The notes under the pieces were generated by a model. That model was not told the origin of the DNA. It saw only the letters and a list, made by a program, of their open reading frames with translations, and did not search any database. Source: Akkermansiaceae bacterium UBA1506 (GTDB taxonomy: Bacteria > Verrucomicrobiota > Verrucomicrobiia > Verrucomicrobiales > DEV007). From it: 64,000 bases of DNA. Shown piece after piece: positions 26,985-35,667 of the stretch (position 1 is its first letter; every line of letters begins with the position of its first letter). The stretch lies in assembly GCA_002323995.1 (NCBI GenBank), contig DCQY01000126.1, forward strand, positions 8,020 to 72,019. Direction: 5' to 3'. Both the position numbers and the translations under genes were made by a program.

Positions 26985-28107
26985 ATGAAAGAAGAACTGC
27001 ATGCGATTGATACAGAATCTCTTAAAGCCCGGCTCAATGAGCTGAGGCGGTATCTTTGACTTCGATAAGCTGGAAAAGGAATTGGAGGCCTTTGAGATAG
27101 AAATGAGTGCTCCGGAGTTTTGGGACGATAAGGACAAGGCCCAGTCCAAAGTATCTGAAGTATCGGTTTTAAAAAATAAAGTAATTCCAGTGCGTGAACT
27201 CGCCTCACGAATCGATGATTTCTCCGTTCTTGTGGAACTGGCAGCCGAAGAGGGCGACGATTCTGCCTTTGATGAAGTGAAAAGCGATCAGGAGGAGATC
27301 GAAGCCGCGCTCGATAAGATAGAACTCCAGACGCTACTCAATGGGCCGAATGACGGGGAGAGTGCTTTTCTTACGATCCATGCTGGCGCCGGAGGCACTG
27401 AGGCATGCGACTGGGCTGATATGCTGGTGAGGATGTATCAGCGCTGGGGACAGCAGCAGGGATTCAAGAGTGAAATGATCGACCTGCAGGAGGGGGAGGA
27501 AGCAGGAGTTCGTGGGGCCACGATTCGTTTCGAAGGCGAAAATGCCTTTGGTTATCTCAATTGTGAGCGCGGAGTGCACAGACTGGTGAGGATCTCTCCT
27601 TTTGATTCTCAGGCCCGGCGTCATACCTCCTTCGCAAGTCTCGATGTGGTTCCTGATTTGAAGGAGGAACCCGACATGGAGATAGACGATAAGGACATTG
27701 AGATCAAGACTGCCCGAAGTGGCGGTAAAGGAGGTCAGAACGTGAACAAAGTCGAAACGGCTGTGCACTTGACCCACTTCCCTTCCGGTATTCAGATTCG
27801 ATGCACGGTCGAGCGAAGCCAGCATAAGAATCGCCAGATGGCGATGAAGTTACTGAAGGCTAAGCTTCTCCAGATCGAGGAGGATAAGAAACGGTCCGAA
27901 ATGGAGCGGCAATATGGAGAGAAGGGTGAGATTGCCTTTGGCAGTCAGATCCGATCCTACGTGTTTCAGCCCTACCAGATGGTGAAAGATCATCGCACAG
28001 GTCATGAGACGGGGAACATTCAGGGGGTGATGGATGGCGGACTGGAGAAATTTATCGAAGCCAAGCTTCGCGGCCAGGTCGCGGGCGAATCCGACGAGGA
28101 AGTCTAA
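26985..28107 (+). CDS. prfB: Peptide chain release factor 2 with a programmed +1 frameshift: join(26985..27056, 27058..28107)
   Basis: Frame 0 reads [24 protein letters not shown] then TGA at 27057. A +1 shift continues [27 protein letters not shown] motif (RISPFDS) and GGQ motif ([10 protein letters not shown]) are present. Confidence 0.9.
27041..27060 (+). promoter_or_regulatory. RF2 autoregulatory +1 frameshift site
   Basis: The sequence reads AGG CGG TAT CTT TGA C. It has an internal SD-like AGGCGG, a 3-nt spacer, the slippery CTT, and an in-frame TGA followed by C. This is the same layout as the E. coli AGGGGG TAT CTT TGA C site. Confidence 0.85.
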
Positions 28108-28660
28108 ACAACTTGGCGGAGTTTTTCGAGTTGGATCCCACCGGTGCTAGTTGCCTCGACCGGAAAGAAAAAGATCTGGTCAAAGTTCACGTGGAGATGA
28201 ATTCCTTCGATAATCGAAAGCTCTTCGAGCGAAGGGCTAGTACTGTCTCTAGTCCTTGTTTTCGTTCGGGACCGCGAAGGGATATGCCCTGTGGCGGCTA
28301 TTGAAGGGGATCCGTCAATAGTTGGCGTTTCTTTGATAAAGCGCCTTTTCGGGAAATGTGGTTTCAAACCGTTGGCTTCACAGCCTTGGAAGAAAAAAGA
28401 TTGAGATTTCGGCCCTCAAGAGGCTCTCGGTTAGCGGTTTGATGCGCCAAAAGAGAACGTCGACGCGTTAGAGCGTTGCCTCTCTTTGGCAAAAGGTCCC
28501 GAGGGTCTGCAGCGCAGAATCGTCAGCTTCAAGTGGTCTCATTGGTCTATTATCAAAGGAAACTGCTTATTGGCGGCTTTTGAGGACTTGAATTGCCTAC
28601 TGTTTTCCCGGAAACTTTACCGGATTTTGGTGGTTTATCTCTATTAAGAAAGAGGCCATC

Positions 28661-29893
28661 GTGTCCTCGAAAACTATGTCCAACCTAACGATCGTATTGC
28701 CCGGCCCCGAAAAGGAATGGCTTCTATTCCAAGGCGAGAAGAAAACCTCACAGGGTTCTGACCTGAGAGACTTAATCGGCCACCGAAGTGATGTCGTTGT
28801 TGGCTTCCCCTCTGACAAAGTGACAACCTTTCCCGTGGTGCTTCCGGAAACGGATGAGTCCCTGTATGACAGCATGATATACTCCCAGTTGGAGAAGCGG
28901 GGACTGCTTGCCGGCCATGAGGGAGAGGTGCTTTACGACTATGAGATCGTAGGCAAGGGGCCGAAGGGAAATACGTTCGCGGTGTCAGTCGTTTCAGATG
29001 TTTCCAGTGAGTTGATCGATTCTAACGCAGCTGGATATGCTCCGGCGGCTTCGTTGCGCTCGGTGTCGCAAAATTCATGTTTGCTTTGGAAGGAGAAAGG
29101 AAGGCTCGTTCTGGCAATTTACAAAGGACGAGAACCAGTTCATCTCCAAGTTCTAAGCGGAGGTGACCGCCTTGGTCCAGCGATTGCGGGTGAGATCAAT
29201 CTAATTCTCATGGGGCTGAAGGGGGACACTTGCATGGAGGATAGCATGCCGCAGGCTTTGGTTCTCGAAGTAGACGATGCGTCGGCTGATGAGCGCGGCT
29301 CGTTTGCTGAAGGTTTGAATCTAACCGTTCATCCGACTTCGAAGTCCCACGTCTCAATTGGCCGAATCAGTGAGCGATTTCTTCCGAGTGCCGTCATTCG
29401 GGCGCGTCGCAAGCGGAAGGCAAAGAGTCGGATTGCGGTGATTCTCGCAGTCCTGTTTGCCTGCTATGCCGTTGGACTGAGTGCGATGATCATCAAGAGT
29501 AACAACACGGTTGCAGAAATCGGATCTCTTGAGCGCCAGATCTCGATTGTTGAGCCGGATGTTGATTGGGTAGAGCGGGTGGATCAGCGTTGGAAGAACC
29601 TCGAGCCGGCATTTGAAAAGTCTTGGTTTCCGGTAGTGCAGCTCAGCCGAATCACTTCAGCCCTGCCGGGCAGCGGAGTGGTTATCCGAGAATATCGAAC
29701 TTCGGGTCGCGGTATACGGGTTCAAGGTCAGGCTCGAGATGTGCAACTGGCGAATCGATTACTGGAAGACCTTCAGTCGATGGCAGAATTTAATGCTTAC
29801 GACTGGAGTATGCCGAATCCCAAGGTCGAGAAGAATAATACGGCAACATTCGAAATTACAGGAAAACCGAAAAATGCGGGAACTGACAGTTAG
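28661..29893 (+). CDS. GspL / fused PilM-PilN-like bitopic assembly-platform protein
   Basis: A cytoplasmic domain of about 240 aa has a GspL-like pattern (VVVGFPSDKVTTFPVVLPETDESLYDSMIYSQLE). One TM helix (IAVILAVLFACYAVGLSAMII) follows. The periplasmic region is PilN-like (LPGSGVVIREYRTSGRGIRVQGQARDVQLANRLLEDLQS). GTG start at 28661, ATG at 28676. Confidence 0.5.
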   Translation: MSSKTMSNLTIVLPGPEKEWLLFQGEKKTSQGSDLRDLIGHRSDVVVGFPSDKVTTFPVVLPETDESLYDSMIYSQLEKRGLLAGHEGEVLYDYEIVGKGPKGNTFAVSVVSDVSSELIDSNAAGYAPAASLRSVSQNSCLLWKEKGRLVLAIYKGREPVHLQVLSGGDRLGPAIAGEINLILMGLKGDTCMEDSMPQALVLEVDDASADERGSFAEGLNLTVHPTSKSHVSIGRISERFLPSAVIRARRKRKAKSRIAVILAVLFACYAVGLSAMIIKSNNTVAEIGSLERQISIVEPDVDWVERVDQRWKNLEPAFEKSWFPVVQLSRITSALPGSGVVIREYRTSGRGIRVQGQARDVQLANRLLEDLQSMAEFNAYDWSMPNPKVEKNNTATFEITGKPKNAGTDS

Positions 29894-30470
29894 AGAAAAA
29901 GTCCTTTTAGGGGCTTGTATTGGAGCGATTTTTATCGCGGTGAATGGGTTTGCGGCGCGGTCTATTCTCAAAAATCTATCGGGTGGAGACGGTGAAATTC
30001 GCAGCCTTCGCAGTCAGCTCGCGGATCATGAAATGCGGCTGGAAGACGCTCCGGCAGCTGAAGCTCGCGAAAAATGGCTCAGCGAGATGATGCCTAGATT
30101 GGGAGACTCGACTTTGGGAAAGGAGCAAGGCGATTTACTGCAAGCACTGCAGGATGAGTGTTTTGAGCGCAAGTTGACGATTGAAAGACAAAGCCTACAG
30201 GAGATTGAGTATAACAATTTTTACACCGAGGTTGCTGTTCGGCTCGAGATCAAGGGAGACGAAGCGGTGGTGACCGAGTGGTTGACCACGCTTCAAGGCC
30301 CCGAAAAATTCCAAGTGATCAAGAATCTGGAGATTGAGCTCGACCTTCGTTCCCGTGAACCGGAGCCGCAGGCAGAGTGCGAAATTACCGTGGCAAAATG
30401 GTTTGTTCCCGACTCCTCCGGCGTCTCGCCGGCAGAAGCTGACAGGGCGAATTCGGATGAGCAGGGCTGA
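29874..30470 (+). CDS. GspM / PilO-like protein
   Basis: The ATG at 29874 overlaps the upstream gene by 20 nt. Short N-terminus, then a TM helix (VLLGACIGAIFIAVNGF), a coiled coil, and a ferredoxin-like C-terminus (YTEVAVRLEIKGDEAVVTEWLTTLQG..IKNLEIEL). Confidence 0.5.
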   Translation: MRELTVREKVLLGACIGAIFIAVNGFAARSILKNLSGGDGEIRSLRSQLADHEMRLEDAPAAEAREKWLSEMMPRLGDSTLGKEQGDLLQALQDECFERKLTIERQSLQEIEYNNFYTEVAVRLEIKGDEAVVTEWLTTLQGPEKFQVIKNLEIELDLRSREPEPQAECEITVAKWFVPDSSGVSPAEADRANSDEQG

Positions 30471-30498
30471 ATGCAGAACCTAGGCAGGGAGGTAGTAA

Positions 30499-31203
30499 AT
30501 GAAACTAAGAACGAGGTGGCCGGTAGTAGCGGCAATAATGGCTGCGGCTGCCCTCTCATTGAGTGCTGGGGAAAGCGAATTATTGGTCTTTGCCGGTGTC
30601 GAAGGTCCCTCAAGTCTTGAAGTAGCCGACTTTGCTGCGTTGAAAGGAGCGAGCCCGTTTGTTCGAATCCTAAATCCTGCTGAAATCTACACATTGAAAG
30701 GAGTCGCCAGAGTCGATGAAGAACATTTGGCAACTCTCTACAATCGAGAGACTAAAAAATCCGTTGTTGTGTCTCCAAAAGAAGCTAGTGATGAAGGGAT
30801 TCAGTTGATCCAAGTTGCGGGTGGCCAGGGCTTAGAGGGAGTGACCGCAACGGTTTCTTTTGCGGGAGAGGAGGTGGAACTCAAATACCAGTTGGAAGGC
30901 CTCAACATGGGTCCCCGTGGCCCCGGAGGTCCACAGCGAAGTAAAGGTGGAGACGATGGGAACGGCGAGCGCCGCGGCCCTTCCAGAGAGGATATCGAGA
31001 GATACCAGAAACTCAGTGAAGAGACGCGGAATCAGTTAAAGCAGTATATTGGGCACGTGATGAAGACTTACCCTAATCTCTCTCGCGAGGAGCGTGGAAA
31101 CATGATTCGTGGAGCAATGATCAGGTTGGGTGACGGAAAGCCCCTCGATTTTGCTCAACCAAGCAACAGCGGGGGGCAGCCGTCGCCGCAGCAGCGACGA
31201 TGA
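30499..31203 (+). CDS. Secreted PilP / GspC-HR-like protein with a Gly/Pro/Arg-rich tail
   Basis: GGAGG Shine-Dalgarno upstream and a signal peptide. Beta-rich segment YTLKGVARVDEEHLATLYNRETKKSVVVSPKE..IQLIQV..VELKY resembles the PilP/GspC homology region. The C-terminus is low complexity (GPRGPGGPQRSKGGDDGNGERRGP). Confidence 0.4.
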   Translation: MKLRTRWPVVAAIMAAAALSLSAGESELLVFAGVEGPSSLEVADFAALKGASPFVRILNPAEIYTLKGVARVDEEHLATLYNRETKKSVVVSPKEASDEGIQLIQVAGGQGLEGVTATVSFAGEEVELKYQLEGLNMGPRGPGGPQRSKGGDDGNGERRGPSREDIERYQKLSEETRNQLKQYIGHVMKTYPNLSREERGNMIRGAMIRLGDGKPLDFAQPSNSGGQPSPQQRR

Positions 31204-31224
31204 TCGCTGGCGCAGCGGTAATGA

Positions 31225-33708
31225 TTAATCCCTGTTGAGGCGAATTGCACCAATATCCATCATCCGCGGCATTATATTTTCGCCTGCGGTGAGAACCAAG
31301 GTGTAAATCTCACCCTTTTTCAGGTTTACTGTTCCATCCAATTTGATGTGGCTGAACGAAGAAAGGTCGCTGGTCTCCGCGGAGCTTCCTTTAAAAACTT
31401 GGTCTGCCACATAGATAATGAAATCGCTGGGCTCCTTTTCTAAAGAGGATTGTTTAACTTCAAATGTGTAGGCACCGGAGTCCTGGATCTTGAAGTTCCA
31501 CGAAAACCAGGTATCCCGCGAGGTCCAATCCGTGATCGATCCGAGAGAAGAGTTGATTGCTGCTTTCTGATCACCTTGAAAGCTGCCTAAATTACCGGTA
31601 AGCTCCTCGCCTGCGGCAATTGTCTTTACGGAATTGATGGATGTTTCCATCGTAGCAACAGTGCCCCTAGTAACTGATTTGAGATCTTCATCGTTGTTCC
31701 AACTGCGAAGGAGTTGGAGAGTCTCAGGGTGAGGATATTGAAGAAGATTGCCGACAAGGCGGCGCAGACTATTCTGGTCATTGATTCTGCGGGCCGCACT
31801 GTCCCACGTTGCAATTTTCTCTTCGAGATTCTCGGGTCCTGGCAATGTTACAAGTCTGGCGAGAGCCCGACCTGCGATGACCTGAAGGCTTCGATCATCA
31901 GTGTTGTCGATGATAGCCTCGACCTGAGGGATTGGAGAGCGGTTGCTCCAAGTCAGGTAGGCACTGATAGCGTCGCGCTGGTAGTCGAGATCTTTCTTTT
32001 GATTGAAGATGCTGGAAAGACGTGTTTGCACCTCATCAGTAGCGAGGGCCCCCAGTATTCGAAAAAGACTTTTTCGTTCGTCACTTTCAGCATTGGAAAG
32101 CCTCGTAAGAATATCTCCGATATACTCCTTCTGCTTTTTGCTGTGGCGCAGAAGATTAAGCGCAAGTCCCTCAATGGTGCGACGAACTTGTGTTTCTCGA
32201 TTGCTCTCAAGAAGTTTCAGGATTTCCGGAAGATTTTCGTCTTCTGCCAATTTGCCGGCCGCAGCGATAAACTGGAGTTGCTCCTCTTCCTTGCTTGCTG
32301 ATGGAACGTATCTGAGAATTGTGGGGAGAGCTGACGAGTAACCTTTATCAGCGAGAACTGAAGAAAGGTGAACGCGCAGGGAATTTGATTTAGCATCTTG
32401 TAGTTCGCTGAAAATCGCTTCGTTGACTCCTGCTCCTTCGAGCAGGTGAAGAACCTTTAAGGCATTGGTTCTGAGCCCTCCCGGTGCGCCTGAGTCCGAA
32501 AGGATATCGACAGCATCTTCGACATCTTTTGCTGTTCCGAAAACCTCTTCAAGTAAGGCCATGTCCGCAATTCGGGATTGCTTCCTGATCTCGCTAATTT
32601 TGCTGATGATACCGATGGCGGTTAGGATTGCGATGCCTCCCGCAACGCTTCCCATAATGATCCACTTTGTCTTGTTATTCGAAGGAGGCTTGGGACGATG
32701 ATGAGGGGGCCGTGCGGTCGTTCTGGATGCAGCGACCGCGGGCGGATTGGGAGAGGTCCCTACGATTAGTGCCTGCGGCGCCGAGGCCTGCTTTGCCGCG
32801 GTGACAATTTTGATTTGCCCTGTTGTAACATCTAAGGCGCCTTCCACGGGAAGTGCTTTGACAGGGACAGCCTCAGCGACTTCCAGATCCTGCGGCCATC
32901 GTTGAAGAGCGTCCTTCGCGTTAGCGGGGCGATGCTCAACGTTCCGATTGATCAGCCACATTACCCACTGACAAATTGAAGGGGCAATATCGGGGCGGAT
33001 CTGATCGAGCGGAACCACCTTGTGTTGCAGGTGAGAGTTCATAACCTGCGGCGCGGTTTCGCCGTTGAATGGATACTGGCCGGTTAAGGCATTGTAGTAA
33101 ACGCAGCCCATCTGGTAGAGGTCAGTACGTGCGTCAAGCGCACTTCGCTCAAACTGTTCTGGAGCCATGAAGAAGATCGAACCAAGAACTGATTCTTCTT
33201 GATCCATCGTTTGTATAGACGGCGTTTTGCTGAACTTGGCGAGACCGAAGTCGAGAATCTTAGTCTGAAATTTCCCAGAGGCTTGCCAAATCACCATTAT
33301 GTTGGTGGGCTTGATGTCTCGGTGAATCACATCATTTGCCTGAGCAGAGATGAGTGCCTCCATTGTCTGATAGACCACTTCTGTGAAGTCCTCCTCGGTA
33401 AGGACACCGCGTTCGACCGTTTCGTCGAGAGTTTCCCCCTTGAGAAGTTCCATTACGACAAAACCGCCTTGTTCGTCCTGACCAACGTCGAAAACGGTTA
33501 TGATATTAGGGTGGTTGAGGCTAGATAGGGTCTGTGCTTCTGAAATCAGCTTGCCCGCAGCCTCCTTGACTTCCTCGTCAGTCGCTTGGCCTGCGGTCAG
33601 AACCCGCTTGATCGCTACTTCTCGCTGCAATTGCGTGTCGAAAGCTTTATAAACTGCTCCGAGGCCGCCTTTGCCGATCTGTTCGCGAATTTCGTAGCGA
33701 CTACTCAT
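31225..33708 (-). CDS. Transmembrane Ser/Thr protein kinase with an extracytoplasmic HEAT-like repeat region and a C-terminal beta-sandwich domain
   Basis: Hanks kinase motifs GKGGLGAVYKA, AIKR, HRDIKPTN, DFGLAK and APE. One TM helix (WIIMGSVAGGIAILTAIGII). A helical repeat region follows, then a C-terminal region (WFSWNFKIQDSGAYTFEV) resembling a carbohydrate-binding-type fold. Confidence 0.85.
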   Translation of the reverse strand: MSSRYEIREQIGKGGLGAVYKAFDTQLQREVAIKRVLTAGQATDEEVKEAAGKLISEAQTLSSLNHPNIITVFDVGQDEQGGFVVMELLKGETLDETVERGVLTEEDFTEVVYQTMEALISAQANDVIHRDIKPTNIMVIWQASGKFQTKILDFGLAKFSKTPSIQTMDQEESVLGSIFFMAPEQFERSALDARTDLYQMGCVYYNALTGQYPFNGETAPQVMNSHLQHKVVPLDQIRPDIAPSICQWVMWLINRNVEHRPANAKDALQRWPQDLEVAEAVPVKALPVEGALDVTTGQIKIVTAAKQASAPQALIVGTSPNPPAVAASRTTARPPHHRPKPPSNNKTKWIIMGSVAGGIAILTAIGIISKISEIRKQSRIADMALLEEVFGTAKDVEDAVDILSDSGAPGGLRTNALKVLHLLEGAGVNEAIFSELQDAKSNSLRVHLSSVLADKGYSSALPTILRYVPSASKEEEQLQFIAAAGKLAEDENLPEILKLLESNRETQVRRTIEGLALNLLRHSKKQKEYIGDILTRLSNAESDERKSLFRILGALATDEVQTRLSSIFNQKKDLDYQRDAISAYLTWSNRSPIPQVEAIIDNTDDRSLQVIAGRALARLVTLPGPENLEEKIATWDSAARRINDQNSLRRLVGNLLQYPHPETLQLLRSWNNDEDLKSVTRGTVATMETSINSVKTIAAGEELTGNLGSFQGDQKAAINSSLGSITDWTSRDTWFSWNFKIQDSGAYTFEVKQSSLEKEPSDFIIYVADQVFKGSSAETSDLSSFSHIKLDGTVNLKKGEIYTLVLTAGENIMPRMMDIGAIRLNRD

Positions 33709-33918
33709 TGACTTGCGGAGCTAAAAAGCGATTGGTGGGACTTCCAAGGCCCTTTTCGAACATAAGGGTCATTATAAATTTTTCACGAAAATTTGAGCGT
33801 TTTTCTGTTCATTGTTCGGCGGACTTCAGTGATATAGGAGTGCCTTAACGTCTTGGGTCGATTTCAGTTCGGAAAACAGTTGGCGTGACGTCGGGTTCGT
33901 CCTAATTTGGAATCATCT

Positions 33919-35667
33919 ATGACACGTGAAGACTTGGTGGAAATTCTCGAAGAAATTGCCATCCTGCTTGAATTAAAAGGGGAGAATCCGTTCAAGATCC
34001 GTGCTTATCGTAGCGGAGCCGAGACGGTGCGTCTGTATCCGGGCGATATTGCTGCACTCGCACGTGAGGGAGAGCTTCGAGGGATTAAAGGGCTGGGTGA
34101 CGCGCTGCAACAGAAACTTCATGAGCTCGCTTCGACGGGGAAGCTCGAATACTATGAGAAGTTGAAGGGGGAGTTTCCGGAGACGCTTTTTGATTTGTTC
34201 GGTATTCAGGGTCTCGGGCCGAAAAAAATCAAGGCCGTCTATGAAGCTCTCGGGGTCGACTCAATTCCCCACTTGAAGAAGGTTTGTCAGTCGGGTGAAA
34301 TCGCGAATTTGAGTGGCTTTGGAGAGAAAACGGCTCAGAAGATTCTGGAAGCTATCGCCTTCAAGGAACAGAACGCAGACCGGTTTCGGCTCGGTGATGT
34401 GGCATCACCTGTCATGATGATCATCGATGCTTTGAAGCAACATCCTGATTGTTTCCGAGTCGAAGCAGCGGGAAGTTTTCGCAGGGCGAAAGAGACGGTT
34501 CATGACGTAGATTTTCTTGCAGCATCAAGTAAGCCGAAGGCTTTAATTGATTATTTTGTCGATCAGGAGTGGGTTAGCCGAGTCATAGCGCAAGGCGCAA
34601 CCAAGGCGAGTATCAATCTTGAGAACGGACTTCAGTGCGATTTGCGTGTTGTCAGTAATGACGAATACGCTTGTGCGTTGGCTTATTTCACAGGCAGCAA
34701 AGAGCACAATGTTGCAATGCGTGGAAGAGCCTTGGAGCGTGGCTACACCTTAAACGAATATCGCCTGGCCGTGAAGGAGGGAGGCGATGCCGTGGAGCCT
34801 CCAGTGTTCGAAAATGAAGAGCAGCTTTTTCAGTTCCTTGGTTTGGACTATGTGCCGCCGGAGATGCGAGAGAATACCGGCGAAGTTGAAGCCGCTAGTG
34901 AGGGAAGTCTTCCTGAGCTTGTGGCGCTGGAAAACCTTCGCGGCACCTTTCACAATCACACGACGGCCAGTGACGGGCAGAATTCTCTTCGGGAGATGGC
35001 CGAGGCGGCTATTGATCTTGGCTTCCAATATCTTGGTATAGCGGATCACTCAAAGAGTTCGTTTCAAGCCAACGGGTTGAATGAAAGCAGATTAAGGTCG
35101 CAGATTGCTGAGATAGCATCTCTTAACTCCGAGTATAAGGCGCAAGGCCAAAACTTCCGCCTGATAGCGGGAAATGAGGTTGATATCCTCAAGGACGGCT
35201 CGCTTGATTTTGATGATGAGATTTTAGACGAGTTGGATTATGTGGTAGCATCGGTTCACAACGCGATGACTCTCTCTGAGTCTGATATGACCGATCGAAT
35301 TATTAGGGCGGTTCAGAACCCTCACGTCACCATGCTTGGCCACCTGACGGGACGCCTCTTGCTGAAGCGAGAGCCTTACGCTGTTGATGTAGCAGCTGTC
35401 ATCGAGGCTTGTGCAGACACGCGAACGATTATCGAACTCAACTGTAGCCCGTGGCGTCTCGACATGGATTGGCGCTGGTGGAAGTTTGCTAAGGAGAAGG
35501 GCGTGAAGTGTTCCATTAATCCGGACGCTCATCGCGCTTCCTCTCTGGAGTATTTATGGTTCGGAGCTCGTATTGCTCGGAAAGGATGGCTGACCCGCCG
35601 CGACGTAGTAAATACCCTGACGCTCCACGAGATTGAGGCATTCCTTGATCTGGATCCTGTATCATGA
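33919..35667 (+). CDS. polX: Family X DNA polymerase with a C-terminal PHP domain
   Basis: N-terminal HhH/8-kDa domain (NPFKIRAYRSGAE, GLGPKKI). Pol-beta-like core (GSFRRAKETVHDVDFL). PHP motifs (FHNHTTASDG, IADHS, ASVH). ATG at 33919; 33907 is TTG. Confidence 0.85.
   Translation: MTREDLVEILEEIAILLELKGENPFKIRAYRSGAETVRLYPGDIAALAREGELRGIKGLGDALQQKLHELASTGKLEYYEKLKGEFPETLFDLFGIQGLGPKKIKAVYEALGVDSIPHLKKVCQSGEIANLSGFGEKTAQKILEAIAFKEQNADRFRLGDVASPVMMIIDALKQHPDCFRVEAAGSFRRAKETVHDVDFLAASSKPKALIDYFVDQEWVSRVIAQGATKASINLENGLQCDLRVVSNDEYACALAYFTGSKEHNVAMRGRALERGYTLNEYRLAVKEGGDAVEPPVFENEEQLFQFLGLDYVPPEMRENTGEVEAASEGSLPELVALENLRGTFHNHTTASDGQNSLREMAEAAIDLGFQYLGIADHSKSSFQANGLNESRLRSQIAEIASLNSEYKAQGQNFRLIAGNEVDILKDGSLDFDDEILDELDYVVASVHNAMTLSESDMTDRIIRAVQNPHVTMLGHLTGRLLLKREPYAVDVAAVIEACADTRTIIELNCSPWRLDMDWRWWKFAKEKGVKCSINPDAHRASSLEYLWFGARIARKGWLTRRDVVNTLTLHEIEAFLDLDPVS

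Noticed and set aside
26900-27208. Long N-terminal extension of the recO ORF
   Set aside because: It would overlap the newly recognised first exon-like segment and frameshift site of prfB on the opposite strand. The RecO fold begins at the ATG at 26899.
28104-28367. 87-aa minus-strand ORF and the overlapping 63-aa plus-strand ORF downstream of prfB
   Set aside because: Both have only TTG starts, Ser/Thr/Arg/Pro-rich composition and no family resemblance. They are treated as part of the unexplained spacer reported as a finding.
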